Positions 8,601 to 16,428 of a stretch of 30,136 bases of DNA are shown piece after piece; the first letter of the stretch is position 1, and every line of letters begins with the position of its first letter. The notes beneath the pieces were generated by a model. That model ran no database searches and had not been told where the DNA came from. It was given only the letters and a program-made list of their open reading frames with translations. The stretch comes from an uncultured Clostridia bacterium (lineage in GTDB: Bacteria > Bacillota > Clostridia > UBA1381). A program made the translations under genes and the position numbers. The stretch is from NCBI GenBank assembly GCA_934462945.1, contig CAKSJF010000026.1, positions 1 through 30,136 on the forward strand. Direction: 5' to 3'.

Positions 8601-8665
8601 AAGCATTTTTGTGGAGCAGTACCATGACGCCCCTCTGTGAGAGCGCAGTCAGAACGGTAAAATAA
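5651..8665 (+). CDS. Secreted multidomain protein: discoidin-like domain, Cys-rich linker, about 16-coil parallel beta-helix, Listeria-Bacteroides-type repeat
   Basis: Signal peptide MKTKKLLAVVLSLVMCICILPQAVMG. F5/8-type-C-like LLDGNTGTKWG...YYRLVI lies at about aa 28-175. Six Cys fall in aa 176-227. About 16 GG[GA][IV] coils with a period near 25 aa span aa 322-760. FLGWYKDGERYDF...FTLTAKW sits near the C-terminus. I saw no LPXTG, SLH or dockerin motif. Confidence 0.75.
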   Translation: MKTKKLLAVVLSLVMCICILPQAVMGEETVTFTAIDGYGESSVNEHYSKLLDGNTGTKWGTGFDGSVYVVIKASSPVILTGYSFTTGNDNASWPGRNPKDWEIFACNDYDEQSKSGNWESIAKIENDQTLKDVNKETYHFTIDGAAKYQYYRLVITATQGDSFMQLSEMGFTYSLCVHEWEMTETLATCTEPAYIISTCKKCSEEKKEQTHAALGHETNGGSVCTRCGNTLPVRVGETYYADPVTAVDEAAEESTIVLLADCSIENTIPIDKNLTLDLNGFTVTKTGDGGVIVVDGKKTFTLTDTSETKTGTLTGGSANGRGGGVNVESGSTFYMKGGTISDCSARVQGGGICVNNGAGLYMSDGAAIINCQTPTNTGGGICAYGTVNVTDSKIIGCSANFGGGIFVNGDLGNGMLTINNSLIENCSAGTQGGGIGADYGAIVMVENNTIIQKNSATVYGGGGIHLRDKSGYHTIVTVKDSSIAENTAPGGAGIWALDGAECVLDHAKVEKNKSTKTDDDGGGGIGIYNGSTATIQNGSEINENISAHDGGGIYAKANATVHVTDSSMWKNKAKQYSGGAIYATNDSTVTVEQSRLSENTATGNGGGIYAIHSVVNLNQESYIASNNAQWGGGVYIHSSDLTANNANIQNNIASAFGGGVMVQTNSDRVTNATIIGGEISGNTANASDNGGGGIWINGNASYKTTVNISQCSIVENTASYGGGIQVKNDAAILNLKTGTVIFRNHATKAGGGIYNSSENLNVEGDPQIYSNDLINTSGDPIQSNLHLTSGKKISGSLEPVNAPPRVFVTLEDKAQNVTNAFDNDCSAFIRSDDASYYVVYDEAAKAHKLTDAVRITLDPQTEGEYPIQESAPKGGVFANPEYAPWWSGHRFLGWYKDGERYDFRQTVTEDFTLTAKWAEDGKAAIELLPEENYLVSGLDGEGIVYLASYNAAENLLDTKLITATNGEMPIRKTLLETEGAAKIKAFLWSSTMTPLCESAVRTVK

Positions 8666-8672
8666 AAATCTG

Positions 8673-8717
8673 AAAAAAATCCCCGATCGCAGGATGATGC
8701 GAGCGGGGATTTTTTTG
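8673..8717. terminator. Bidirectional terminator between convergent genes
   Basis: A-run, atccccgatcgca pairing with tgcgagcggggat (one mismatch), then TTTTTTT. Confidence 0.8.
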
Positions 8718-8722
8718 CTTTT

Positions 8723-10030
8723 TCAAGTTGCCTTTAGTTTAGAAATCTGGTCAATTGCGTAAAGCGGGAGATTTATGAGTTGGTCTTCTTTTTTGTAGTC
8801 TGCCATGGAAGTACGGACAGACATGGCTGGAGAGAATCTTTCCCGATAGGCTTTCAGGCTTTTTGCTTTCAGGTTTATCTCTGCCTTTACTTCAACCGGA
8901 ACAATTTGTTCTCCGGTATCAACAACAAAGTCGATCTCACAGGAACTCCGGTCATTGGTATAATAGTATACATCTAAGTTTTCTACGGTTTTCAGCTGCT
9001 GACAAACATACTGTTCTGTAAGAGCGCCTTTGAACTCTACAAAAAGGTCGTTTCCGTCAAGCAAGGTGTGCGGATGAAGTCCAGCCATACAGCCGAGAAG
9101 TCCGACATCCAGCAAAAATAGTTTAAATGCTTTTAAATCCTCATAAGCTTTCAAAGGGATTCCGGCCGTATTCACCCGGCTGATCTTATGAACCAGTCCG
9201 CAGTCGCTAAGCCACATAATTGCCGCTTCATAGTCTTTTGCACGCGCTCCCTCACGAACAAGACCATAGATGAATTTTTTATTCTCCTTTGCTAATTGAG
9301 AGGGAATATTGTTCCACAGCATGCGCAGTCTCGGGACAATTTCATTTGGAGCATGCTTTGAGAAATCCTGTTCGTATGCCGCCAGAATCCTCTTTTGAAT
9401 TTCACGAACCTCCCGGAAATCGCTGTCCTCCGTAAAGCTTTGCACTGCTTCCGGCATGCCGCCGATAAAATAATATTGCTTTAATGCGTCGATATACGTT
9501 TCTTTAAAGCTTGTAATCATTTGGAAGTCTTGTTGGTCAAGCAAATCCGCAAAGCGTTCTCTGCCGGCTGCCATGAGAAATTCCCTGAAAGAAAGAGGAT
9601 AAAGCTTTAAAAAATCCACCTTGCCAACCGGAAAGGATGTGCCCTGATGCAGAGCAATGCCGAGCAGAGAACCGGCGCAGACAATATGATATTGCGGTGC
9701 GTCCTCATAGAAATATTTCAAGGAAGTCAACGCTCTTGGAACTTCCTGCACCTCGTCAAAAATTAATAAAGCATTGTCAGGATCAATTTTGTGACCGATA
9801 TATAATTCCAATCCCAGAATTAAACGGTTGGTATCCAGGTCAGAGGCAAACAGCTCCGCCATTCTGGAATTTGAGTCAAAGTTGATATATACGGTATCTG
9901 CATATGCCTGTCTTCCAAATTCTTTCATCAGCCAGGTTTTTCCGACCTGCCGTGCGCCCTCAATAATGAGAGGTTTACGGTGTTTTTTTTGTTTCCATTT
10001 TAAAAGTTTTTCGATTGCAACCCGGTACAT
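8723..10030 (-). CDS. AAA+ ATPase with DUF4143-type C-terminal domain (COG1373-like); PD-(D/E)xK-like motif
   Basis: Walker A GARQVGKT, Walker B LLIFDEVQ, and a C-terminal CEIDFVVD...VPVEVKA (D...E-x-K pattern). RBS ggaggtg lies 5 nt before the ATG. Confidence 0.7.
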   Translation of the reverse strand: MYRVAIEKLLKWKQKKHRKPLIIEGARQVGKTWLMKEFGRQAYADTVYINFDSNSRMAELFASDLDTNRLILGLELYIGHKIDPDNALLIFDEVQEVPRALTSLKYFYEDAPQYHIVCAGSLLGIALHQGTSFPVGKVDFLKLYPLSFREFLMAAGRERFADLLDQQDFQMITSFKETYIDALKQYYFIGGMPEAVQSFTEDSDFREVREIQKRILAAYEQDFSKHAPNEIVPRLRMLWNNIPSQLAKENKKFIYGLVREGARAKDYEAAIMWLSDCGLVHKISRVNTAGIPLKAYEDLKAFKLFLLDVGLLGCMAGLHPHTLLDGNDLFVEFKGALTEQYVCQQLKTVENLDVYYYTNDRSSCEIDFVVDTGEQIVPVEVKAEINLKAKSLKAYRERFSPAMSVRTSMADYKKEDQLINLPLYAIDQISKLKAT

Positions 10031-10061
10031 AAACGCACCTCCATCATCATTCTTCCCATAT

Positions 10062-10090
10062 AGTATAACACAGAATCACAAAAATTACAA
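10062..10090 (-). promoter_or_regulatory. Candidate promoter for the ATPase gene
   Basis: On the minus strand: TTGTAA (10085-10090), 17 nt, TGtTATACT with the -10 at 10062-10067. Confidence 0.5.
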
Positions 10091-10101
10091 CGAATTTTTG
10101 T
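10078..10101 (-). terminator. Possible terminator hairpin downstream of the PTS enzyme I gene
   Basis: acaaaaatt, 6-nt loop, aatttttgt. The U-rich tract is part of the stem, so this is not a classic trailing T-run. It overlaps the predicted ATPase -35. Confidence 0.35.
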
Positions 10102-10132
10102 AATATCACTACACTTTTTACAACGAAAGTTG

Positions 10133-11758
10133 TTATTTTTGATAAGAATTAATTTTTTTACGGAGCGGGAGGATCATATTGGGGGGGACGGAGATTTCGT
10201 CGATGCCGAGGGAGAGCAGAATTTCTGCGAATTCCGGATCAGAGCCGATTTCTCCGCAAACACCCACCCAGATTCCTGCCTGGTGTGCCGATTGAATCAC
10301 CGCCTGAATGCTCCGAATTAGCGCGGGGTGAAAAGGGTTATAGGAATCCGCAACATGATCATTCTGACGGTCAAGCGCCAAAAGGTACTGGGTCAGATCG
10401 TTTGTGCCGATAGAAAAGAAATCCGCCTCTTTTGCTAACAGATCGCTGATCATCACGGCTGCCGGCGTCTCAATCATGATTCCAAGCTCCACCTGTTCGG
10501 AAAATGCCTTTCCCTCGTTTCTCAATTCCGTCTGTACCTCGGCAATTAATTTCTTTGTCTGCCGAACCTCCTCCGGAGAAATGACCATAGGGAGCATAAT
10601 TGCCAGATGCCCGAATGCGGACGCGCGATAAAGTGCACGCAGATGGATTTTAAATAATTCCGGACGCTTTAAGCAGAGCCGGATGGCACGAATCCCGAGC
10701 GCCGGGTTTTCTTCTTTATCCAGATGAAAATAGCCGATATTTTTATCCGCGCCGATGTCAAACGTGCGGACAATCACGCGGCGATCTCCCATTTTTTCCA
10801 GAACGGCACGAAAGGCGCGAAACTGCGTTTCCTCGTCCGGATAGTCCTCCCGGTCTAAAAACAGGTATTCGCTCCGGAATAGTCCGATTCCCTCTGCGTC
10901 ATTTGAAAGTGCGGCTTCTGCGTCTGTTTCGGAATTGATGTTGGCATAAAGCATAATCTCCTGCCCGTCTCCTGTGACGGTTTTCTGCCCTCTCAGGCTT
11001 TCTAAGTTCTGCCGTTCCTCCTCGTAGGTCTGCTTTTTCTGACGCATTTTTTCACGGGTTTCCTCATCCGGGTCAATATAAATCATGCCGGAATAACCGT
11101 CTACAATTGCTTCTTTGCCGTCATATTCATGCCGCAGAATGCCGGATGCGCCGATCAATGCCGGAATATTCATTGTTCTTGCTAAAATAGCAGTATGAGA
11201 GGTAGAGGCGCCCTTTTCAGTGATAAAAGCAAGGATTTTTGATCGGTCTAATAACACGGTTTCGCTGGGCGCTAAATCATCTGCCACAATAATTGCCGGC
11301 TGATCCAGCTCCACCCTGGAGGAGTTTCGGTTAGATAAAATCGAAATAACGCGTTCGGAAACGTCTAAAACGTCTGCGGAACGCTCGCGGATATAACTGT
11401 CCTCCATTGCGTCGAACATGTCCTGAAAGCCGGAGGCTACCTTTTCTACAGCTGCCTCGGCGTTTAAATGCTCCTTGCGGATTGCGTGTTCGGTGGAGGT
11501 GATAAAGTCCACATCCTCCAGCATCATCTGATGGATATAGAAAATCATTGCCTCTGATTCCCCAACGCTTTTCTGTGCTGTCTGAAAAAGGGCGGCAAGC
11601 TCGGAAACGGCCTTTTTCCGTGCGGTGTGAAAACGGCGGATTTCCGCGTCTGTATCATGAATATGACAATGCTGCACCGTTCGTCTTGCCCGGTGATAAA
11701 AATAAAGCCGCCCGAAACTGATGCCGCGGCATACCGATTTTCCTGTTAAAGTCTGCAC
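10133..11758 (-). CDS. ptsI: Phosphoenolpyruvate-protein phosphotransferase (PTS enzyme I)
   Basis: GASTSHTAILARTMNIPA (phospho-His region), GTNDLTQY, and a C-terminal PEP-utilising domain. The start is uncertain: the GTG at 11758 (GGAG plus 8 nt) is preferred over the TTG at 11773. Confidence 0.9.
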   Translation of the reverse strand: MQTLTGKSVCRGISFGRLYFYHRARRTVQHCHIHDTDAEIRRFHTARKKAVSELAALFQTAQKSVGESEAMIFYIHQMMLEDVDFITSTEHAIRKEHLNAEAAVEKVASGFQDMFDAMEDSYIRERSADVLDVSERVISILSNRNSSRVELDQPAIIVADDLAPSETVLLDRSKILAFITEKGASTSHTAILARTMNIPALIGASGILRHEYDGKEAIVDGYSGMIYIDPDEETREKMRQKKQTYEEERQNLESLRGQKTVTGDGQEIMLYANINSETDAEAALSNDAEGIGLFRSEYLFLDREDYPDEETQFRAFRAVLEKMGDRRVIVRTFDIGADKNIGYFHLDKEENPALGIRAIRLCLKRPELFKIHLRALYRASAFGHLAIMLPMVISPEEVRQTKKLIAEVQTELRNEGKAFSEQVELGIMIETPAAVMISDLLAKEADFFSIGTNDLTQYLLALDRQNDHVADSYNPFHPALIRSIQAVIQSAHQAGIWVGVCGEIGSDPEFAEILLSLGIDEISVPPNMILPLRKKINSYQK

Positions 11759-11817
11759 TTTCCCCACTCCCAAAATAAAATGTCACATCTAACACATTTT
11801 ATGACTATTATAAATCC

Positions 11818-11846
11818 ATTATACGGCAATTTGTTCGGAAAGTAAA
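11818..11846 (-). promoter_or_regulatory. Candidate ptsI promoter
   Basis: On the minus strand: TTTACT (11841-11846), 17 nt, TATAAT (11818-11823). The palindrome aaagcgcttt (11844-11853) overlaps the -35. Confidence 0.5.
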
Positions 11847-11907
11847 GCGCTTTCCGTGAAACTTTCATGAACTTTCTGTTAACTTCCAAAAAATCGGTAT
11901 AAAAGGA

Positions 11908-11936
11908 TTGCTATTTTTTAGAAAATATATTATACT
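11908..11936 (+). promoter_or_regulatory. Candidate ung-polA promoter
   Basis: TTGCTA (11908-11913), 17 nt, TATACT (11931-11936). Confidence 0.55.
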
Positions 11937-11963
11937 AAAGATAGAAAGAGAGGGGAAACTCAT

Positions 11964-12626
11964 ATGGTACAGTTGGGAAATGACTGGGATGACCTTTTGA
12001 AAGGGGAATTTCAGAAAGAGTATTATAAAAAACTCCGGCAGTTTTTAAAATATGAATATCAGCATGCAAGGATTCATCCGGATATGTACGATATTTTTAA
12101 TGCGTTAAAGTGGACATCCTATCAGGATACCCGGGTGGTGATTTTAGGGCAGGATCCGTATCATGAGGAAAACCAGGCGCACGGACTGGCATTCTCGGTG
12201 CAGAAAGGCGTTCCGATTCCGCCGTCGCTTTTGAATATGTATAAAGAGCTGAACCAGGAGCTTGGCTGCTATATTCCGAATAACGGCTATCTGGAAAAAT
12301 GGGCAAGACAGGGAGTCCTTTTATTAAACACCTCTCTGACCGTCCGGGACGGACAGGCGAATTCACATCGCGGAAAGGGATGGGAAACCTTCACAAGCCG
12401 TGTGATTGAGCTTTTGAATGAACGCACAGAACCGGTGATTTTCCTTTTATGGGGCAATAATGCCAAGGAAAAGCAGTCGCTTGTCACCAATCCGCAGCAT
12501 TATGTATTTACGGCGGCGCATCCGAGTCCGCTTTCTGCTTCGCGCGGATTTTTCGGCTGCGGACATTTCAAAAAGGTGAATGAAATTCTGCAAAAGCCAA
12601 TCGACTGGCAGATTGAAAATATATAG
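11964..12626 (+). CDS. ung: Uracil-DNA glycosylase (family 1)
   Basis: Motifs [16 protein letters not shown] and HPSPLSA. Confidence 0.92.
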   Translation: MVQLGNDWDDLLKGEFQKEYYKKLRQFLKYEYQHARIHPDMYDIFNALKWTSYQDTRVVILGQDPYHEENQAHGLAFSVQKGVPIPPSLLNMYKELNQELGCYIPNNGYLEKWARQGVLLLNTSLTVRDGQANSHRGKGWETFTSRVIELLNERTEPVIFLLWGNNAKEKQSLVTNPQHYVFTAAHPSPLSASRGFFGCGHFKKVNEILQKPIDWQIENI

Positions 12627-12636
12627 AGGAATGTGT

Positions 12637-15279
12637 ATGAAAAAATTACTAATCTTAGACAGCAACAGTATCCTAAACCGCGCCTTTTACGGCATCCGGC
12701 TTCTGTCCGCAAAGGACGGAACACCAACCAACGCGATTTACGGACTTTTGAATATTTTACTAAAGCTGATGGAGGAGCAGAAGCCGGATTATCTTTGCGC
12801 TGCATTTGATCTTTCCGCGCCCACCTTCCGGCATAAAATGTATGATGGCTACAAAGCGCAGAGAAAGCCGATGCCGGACGATCTGAAAGCGCAGATGCCG
12901 CTTGCAAAAGAACTTTTTTCAAAAATGAATATTAAGTTATTAGAGCTTTCCGGGTATGAGGCAGACGATATTATCGGAACGGTTTCTGCCATCTGCGAGA
13001 ATGAGGGAATTGAGTGTCTGATTGCAACGGGCGATAAGGACGATTTGCAGCTTGCATCGGACAAAACAAAAATCATTCTGACGGTGAGCCGGAGCGGCGT
13101 GAACGAGACAACTGTTTATGACGATCAGGCGGTATTTGCACGCTATCATGTATCACCGAAAGAATTTATTGATGTAAAAGCGCTGATGGGTGACGCATCG
13201 GATAACATTCCGGGAGTTGCCGGAATCGGCGAAAAAACGGCAATGTCACTTGTGGAAAAGCACCACAGCATTGAATATATTTATGAGCATCTTGAGGAAA
13301 TCGGCGTAAAGGGTGCAATGCTTGAAAAGCTGAAAAAGGGAAAGGATATGGCATATTTAAGCAAGCAGCTTGCCACGATTGACCGTGCTGTACCGATTCC
13401 GTTTTCCGCAGAGGAATGCAGACTTTCCGGAACGCTTTCCGAGCATGCCGGAGACGGACTTTATGAATTTCTAAAGCGTTTGGAGTTGAATAGCCTGATC
13501 AAGCGGCTTGCTCTTGCACCAACGGAAGAACCGCAGGAAACGGTCGATTTGTTTGACGGCGTGACACTCAAAATGGCAGAGCGCCTTTCAGAATGGGAAA
13601 CCTGGATTCATGAAATGATTCAAAAAAAAGAGTGTGCAGTTTATTTTACAAAAAAAGGTGAAATCGGACTTGCCGCCGGAAAAATGAGCGTTGGTATCGA
13701 TTGCGGACGGTTTGGCGAGGACGCGGTATTGGCGGCGCTTTGTCCGCTTTTAGAAAATGAGAATGTCAGAAAAATTATGTTTTCTTCCAAAGATGTCAGG
13801 GTTCGTCTTTGGGATAGGGCAAGGATTTTCGGAATCTGTGATGATGTGGAAATCGGCGCGTATTTAGCAGACCCTGCAAAAAATTCCTACACGGTCGGCG
13901 GACTGACCGAGGACTATTTCGGAGTGACGCTGAAGCCGCAGGGGCAAAACCAGCTTTCCCTTTTTGACGAGGGGGAAAGCGATCAGGTATGCCGGGAGAC
14001 TTATGCGGTTTTGCGCCTGCGGGATGAAATTCGGAAAAAGCTTTCAAAAATGGAGCAGTTGCAGCTTTATGAGGAAATTGAACTGCCGCTTTCCGAGGTT
14101 TTAGCAGATATGCAGATCCGCGGCGTGAAGATAGACCGCGAGCAGCTTTCTGCATTCGGCGCAGCATTGGGTTCGAGAATTGACGAGATTACACGGGATA
14201 TTTACCTGCTCTGCGGCGAGGAATTTAACTTAAATTCTCCAAAGCAGCTTGGGGTGATTCTGTTTGAAAAGTTAGGGTTAAAGGCAGGAAAAAAGACGAA
14301 AACCGGTTACTCTACGAATGCCGAAACATTAGAGGGACTTTTGGGAGAGCATCCGGTTATTGAACTTTTAATGGAATACCGCCAGCTTTCCAAGCTGAAA
14401 AATACCTATTGTGATGGACTGGCGGCAGTGATTGACCCGGCGGACGGCAGAATTCATTCAAACTTTACCCAAACTGTCACGGTTACCGGCAGAATCAGCT
14501 CCACCGAACCGAATTTGCAGAATATTCCGGTTCGGACGGCGTTAGGACGTGAACTTCGGAAAATGTTTGTGGCAGACGGAGACGACTATGTATTGGTGGA
14601 TGCGGACTATTCGCAGATTGAGCTGCGTGTTTTGGCGCATATTGCCGATGATGAGCATATGATCAATGCGTTTTCACACGGAGAGGATATTCATGCAGTG
14701 ACAGCGGCACAGGTTTTAGGGATTTCGCAATCCGAGGTGACCCCGGAACAGAGAAGCTGGGCAAAGGCGGTCAATTTCGGAATTGTCTATGGAATTGGAG
14801 AATACAGTCTGGCAAAGGATTTAAAAATTTCGGTCAGGGAAGCAAGACAGTATATTGCAAATTATCTGGAGAACTACAACGGTGTCCGGAGTTATATGGA
14901 GGAAATTAAGAAAAAGGCGGCAGAGGACGGTTATGTTCAGACGCTTTTCCATCGGATTCGGTATATTCCGGAGCTGAAAGCCTCTAATTTTAATGTCCGT
15001 GCTTTTGGAGAACGTGTCGCTTTGAATACACCGATCCAGGGAACGGCGGCAGATATTATCAAGCTGGCAATGGTGCGTGTTTATAAGCGGCTTTTAAAGG
15101 AACAGATGAAAACAAAGCTGATTTTGCAGATTCACGACGAACTGATTCTGGAAGCGCCCCGGGAGGAAGCGGAAAAGGCAGCAAAAATCCTTTCTGAGGA
15201 GATGGAACATGTGGTTGATTTCCGCGTTCCGCTGACGGCAGATTGTCACATTGGCAGGAGTTGGTATGATGCAAAATAA
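12637..15279 (+). CDS. polA: DNA polymerase I
   Basis: 5'-nuclease N-terminus LLILDSNSILNRAFYG...DNIPGVAGIGEKTA; polymerase motifs DYSQIELRVLAH, RSWAKAVNFGIVYG and QIHDELI. The ATG at 12637 follows RBS agagga by 6 nt. The ORF-track start at 12580 lies inside ung. Confidence 0.93.
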   Translation: MKKLLILDSNSILNRAFYGIRLLSAKDGTPTNAIYGLLNILLKLMEEQKPDYLCAAFDLSAPTFRHKMYDGYKAQRKPMPDDLKAQMPLAKELFSKMNIKLLELSGYEADDIIGTVSAICENEGIECLIATGDKDDLQLASDKTKIILTVSRSGVNETTVYDDQAVFARYHVSPKEFIDVKALMGDASDNIPGVAGIGEKTAMSLVEKHHSIEYIYEHLEEIGVKGAMLEKLKKGKDMAYLSKQLATIDRAVPIPFSAEECRLSGTLSEHAGDGLYEFLKRLELNSLIKRLALAPTEEPQETVDLFDGVTLKMAERLSEWETWIHEMIQKKECAVYFTKKGEIGLAAGKMSVGIDCGRFGEDAVLAALCPLLENENVRKIMFSSKDVRVRLWDRARIFGICDDVEIGAYLADPAKNSYTVGGLTEDYFGVTLKPQGQNQLSLFDEGESDQVCRETYAVLRLRDEIRKKLSKMEQLQLYEEIELPLSEVLADMQIRGVKIDREQLSAFGAALGSRIDEITRDIYLLCGEEFNLNSPKQLGVILFEKLGLKAGKKTKTGYSTNAETLEGLLGEHPVIELLMEYRQLSKLKNTYCDGLAAVIDPADGRIHSNFTQTVTVTGRISSTEPNLQNIPVRTALGRELRKMFVADGDDYVLVDADYSQIELRVLAHIADDEHMINAFSHGEDIHAVTAAQVLGISQSEVTPEQRSWAKAVNFGIVYGIGEYSLAKDLKISVREARQYIANYLENYNGVRSYMEEIKKKAAEDGYVQTLFHRIRYIPELKASNFNVRAFGERVALNTPIQGTAADIIKLAMVRVYKRLLKEQMKTKLILQIHDELILEAPREEAEKAAKILSEEMEHVVDFRVPLTADCHIGRSWYDAK

Positions 15280-15871
15280 AAAAAGACTTATCGGAATCAC
15301 CGGCGGCACAGGCTGCGGGAAAAGCGAGGCGGCGCAAGTGATCCGGGAGGCAGGCTATGAGGTTTTGGATGCGGATAAAATCTGCCGGGAGGTCGTCCTG
15401 CCGGAAAAGCCGGCTTTGGCAGAAATCCGGCACGTATTTGGTGAGGATGTTATCCTGCCGGATGGCACGCTTGACCGGAAAGGGTTGGGAGCAATCGTAT
15501 TTTCTGACCCGGAAAAGCTTTCTGTCCTGAATCACATTATGTTTTCCTATGTGATGCAGGAAACGGAGGAGTGCCTGAAAAAGGCGCATGGGGAAATCTG
15601 CTTTTTCGACGCGCCGCTGCTCTTGGAATATGGACTGGATCAGCGGTGCAGTGCGGTGATTGCAGTGCTGGCAGACCGGGAAAAAAGGATTGCGCGGATT
15701 ATGGCGCGTGACGGTCTTTCCAGAGAAAATGCAGTTTCCCGGATAAATTCTCAAAATAAGGACGAGTTTTATCTTGAAAAATCAGATTATGTGGTGTATA
15801 ATAATAGTACAAAGGACGAATTGTCCGGACAAATTATGAAAATAATCAAGCAATTGAGGGAAATGCCTTGA
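15266..15871 (+). CDS. coaE: Dephospho-CoA kinase
   Basis: P-loop IGITGGTGCGKS and typical length. The ATG at 15266 follows ggcaggag by 5 nt and overlaps the polA 3' end by 14 nt. Confidence 0.85.
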   Translation: MMQNKKRLIGITGGTGCGKSEAAQVIREAGYEVLDADKICREVVLPEKPALAEIRHVFGEDVILPDGTLDRKGLGAIVFSDPEKLSVLNHIMFSYVMQETEECLKKAHGEICFFDAPLLLEYGLDQRCSAVIAVLADREKRIARIMARDGLSRENAVSRINSQNKDEFYLEKSDYVVYNNSTKDELSGQIMKIIKQLREMP

Positions 15872-16416
15872 AAAAAATCAGAGTGTTATCGGGATTTTTA
15901 GCGCTTTTGATCATCATTGCCGGATTGCGGTTCGGGTGTATGGCATGCGTTTCGTTTCTATATCCCCTGCGCTATGAGGAAGAAATTCGTCAGAGTGCTG
16001 AGGAATACCAGCTGGACCCGTATCTTGTGATGGCGATGGTAAAAACGGAGAGCAATTTTAATCTTCGTGCGCATTCGGGTGTGGCGCGCGGCTTAATGCA
16101 GCTGACCGACAGCACCGCACAATGGATTGCGGAAAAGATGGGGATTGAATTTCAGCCGGAGGATGTGGAGAATCCGGCGCTGAATATTCAGATGGGGTGC
16201 TACTACCTACGCTATCTTCTGGATTATTACAACAACGAGGATTTAGCGCTGGCAGCATATAATGCCGGCATGGGAAATGTCACCTCCTGGCTTTCGGATG
16301 AACGCTACAGCAAGAATCAGAAAGAGCTATCAAAAATTCCGTTTGCGGAAACAGAAAACTATGTTAAAAAAATAGAACGGTTTTACCGGGTATATTCATA
16401 TTTATATTCAAAATAA
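15868..16416 (+). CDS. Membrane-anchored lytic transglycosylase (SLT domain)
   Basis: N-terminal TM segment LSGFLALLIIIAGL. SLT motifs MAMVKTESNF, GLMQL and AYNAG. The TTG start overlaps the coaE stop. Confidence 0.8.
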   Translation: MKKIRVLSGFLALLIIIAGLRFGCMACVSFLYPLRYEEEIRQSAEEYQLDPYLVMAMVKTESNFNLRAHSGVARGLMQLTDSTAQWIAEKMGIEFQPEDVENPALNIQMGCYYLRYLLDYYNNEDLALAAYNAGMGNVTSWLSDERYSKNQKELSKIPFAETENYVKKIERFYRVYSYLYSK

Positions 16417-16428
16417 GGAGAGATTTTT

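Noticed and set aside
9983-9990. T8 (A8 on the coding strand) homopolymer at codons 13-15 of the ATPase gene, and G7 at 10181-10187 in ptsI; considered as slipped-strand phase-variation tracts.
   Set aside because: An A8 run also occurs inside the essential polA (13622-13629) and A7 runs occur elsewhere, so this length is background for this genome. There is no evidence of variation from a single sequence.
12580-12636. polA ORF extension overlapping the ung 3' end.
   Set aside because: The extension lies inside ung in another frame and has no RBS. The ATG at 12637 has a proper RBS and yields the canonical MKKLLILD... 5'-nuclease N-terminus.
15059-15754. 231-aa antisense ORF opposite coaE and the polA 3' end, notable for its length and near-central position.
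   Set aside because: It is Arg/Pro/Cys-rich with no recognisable motif. It fully overlaps two confidently identified genes and has no RBS. This is typical of a shadow ORF.
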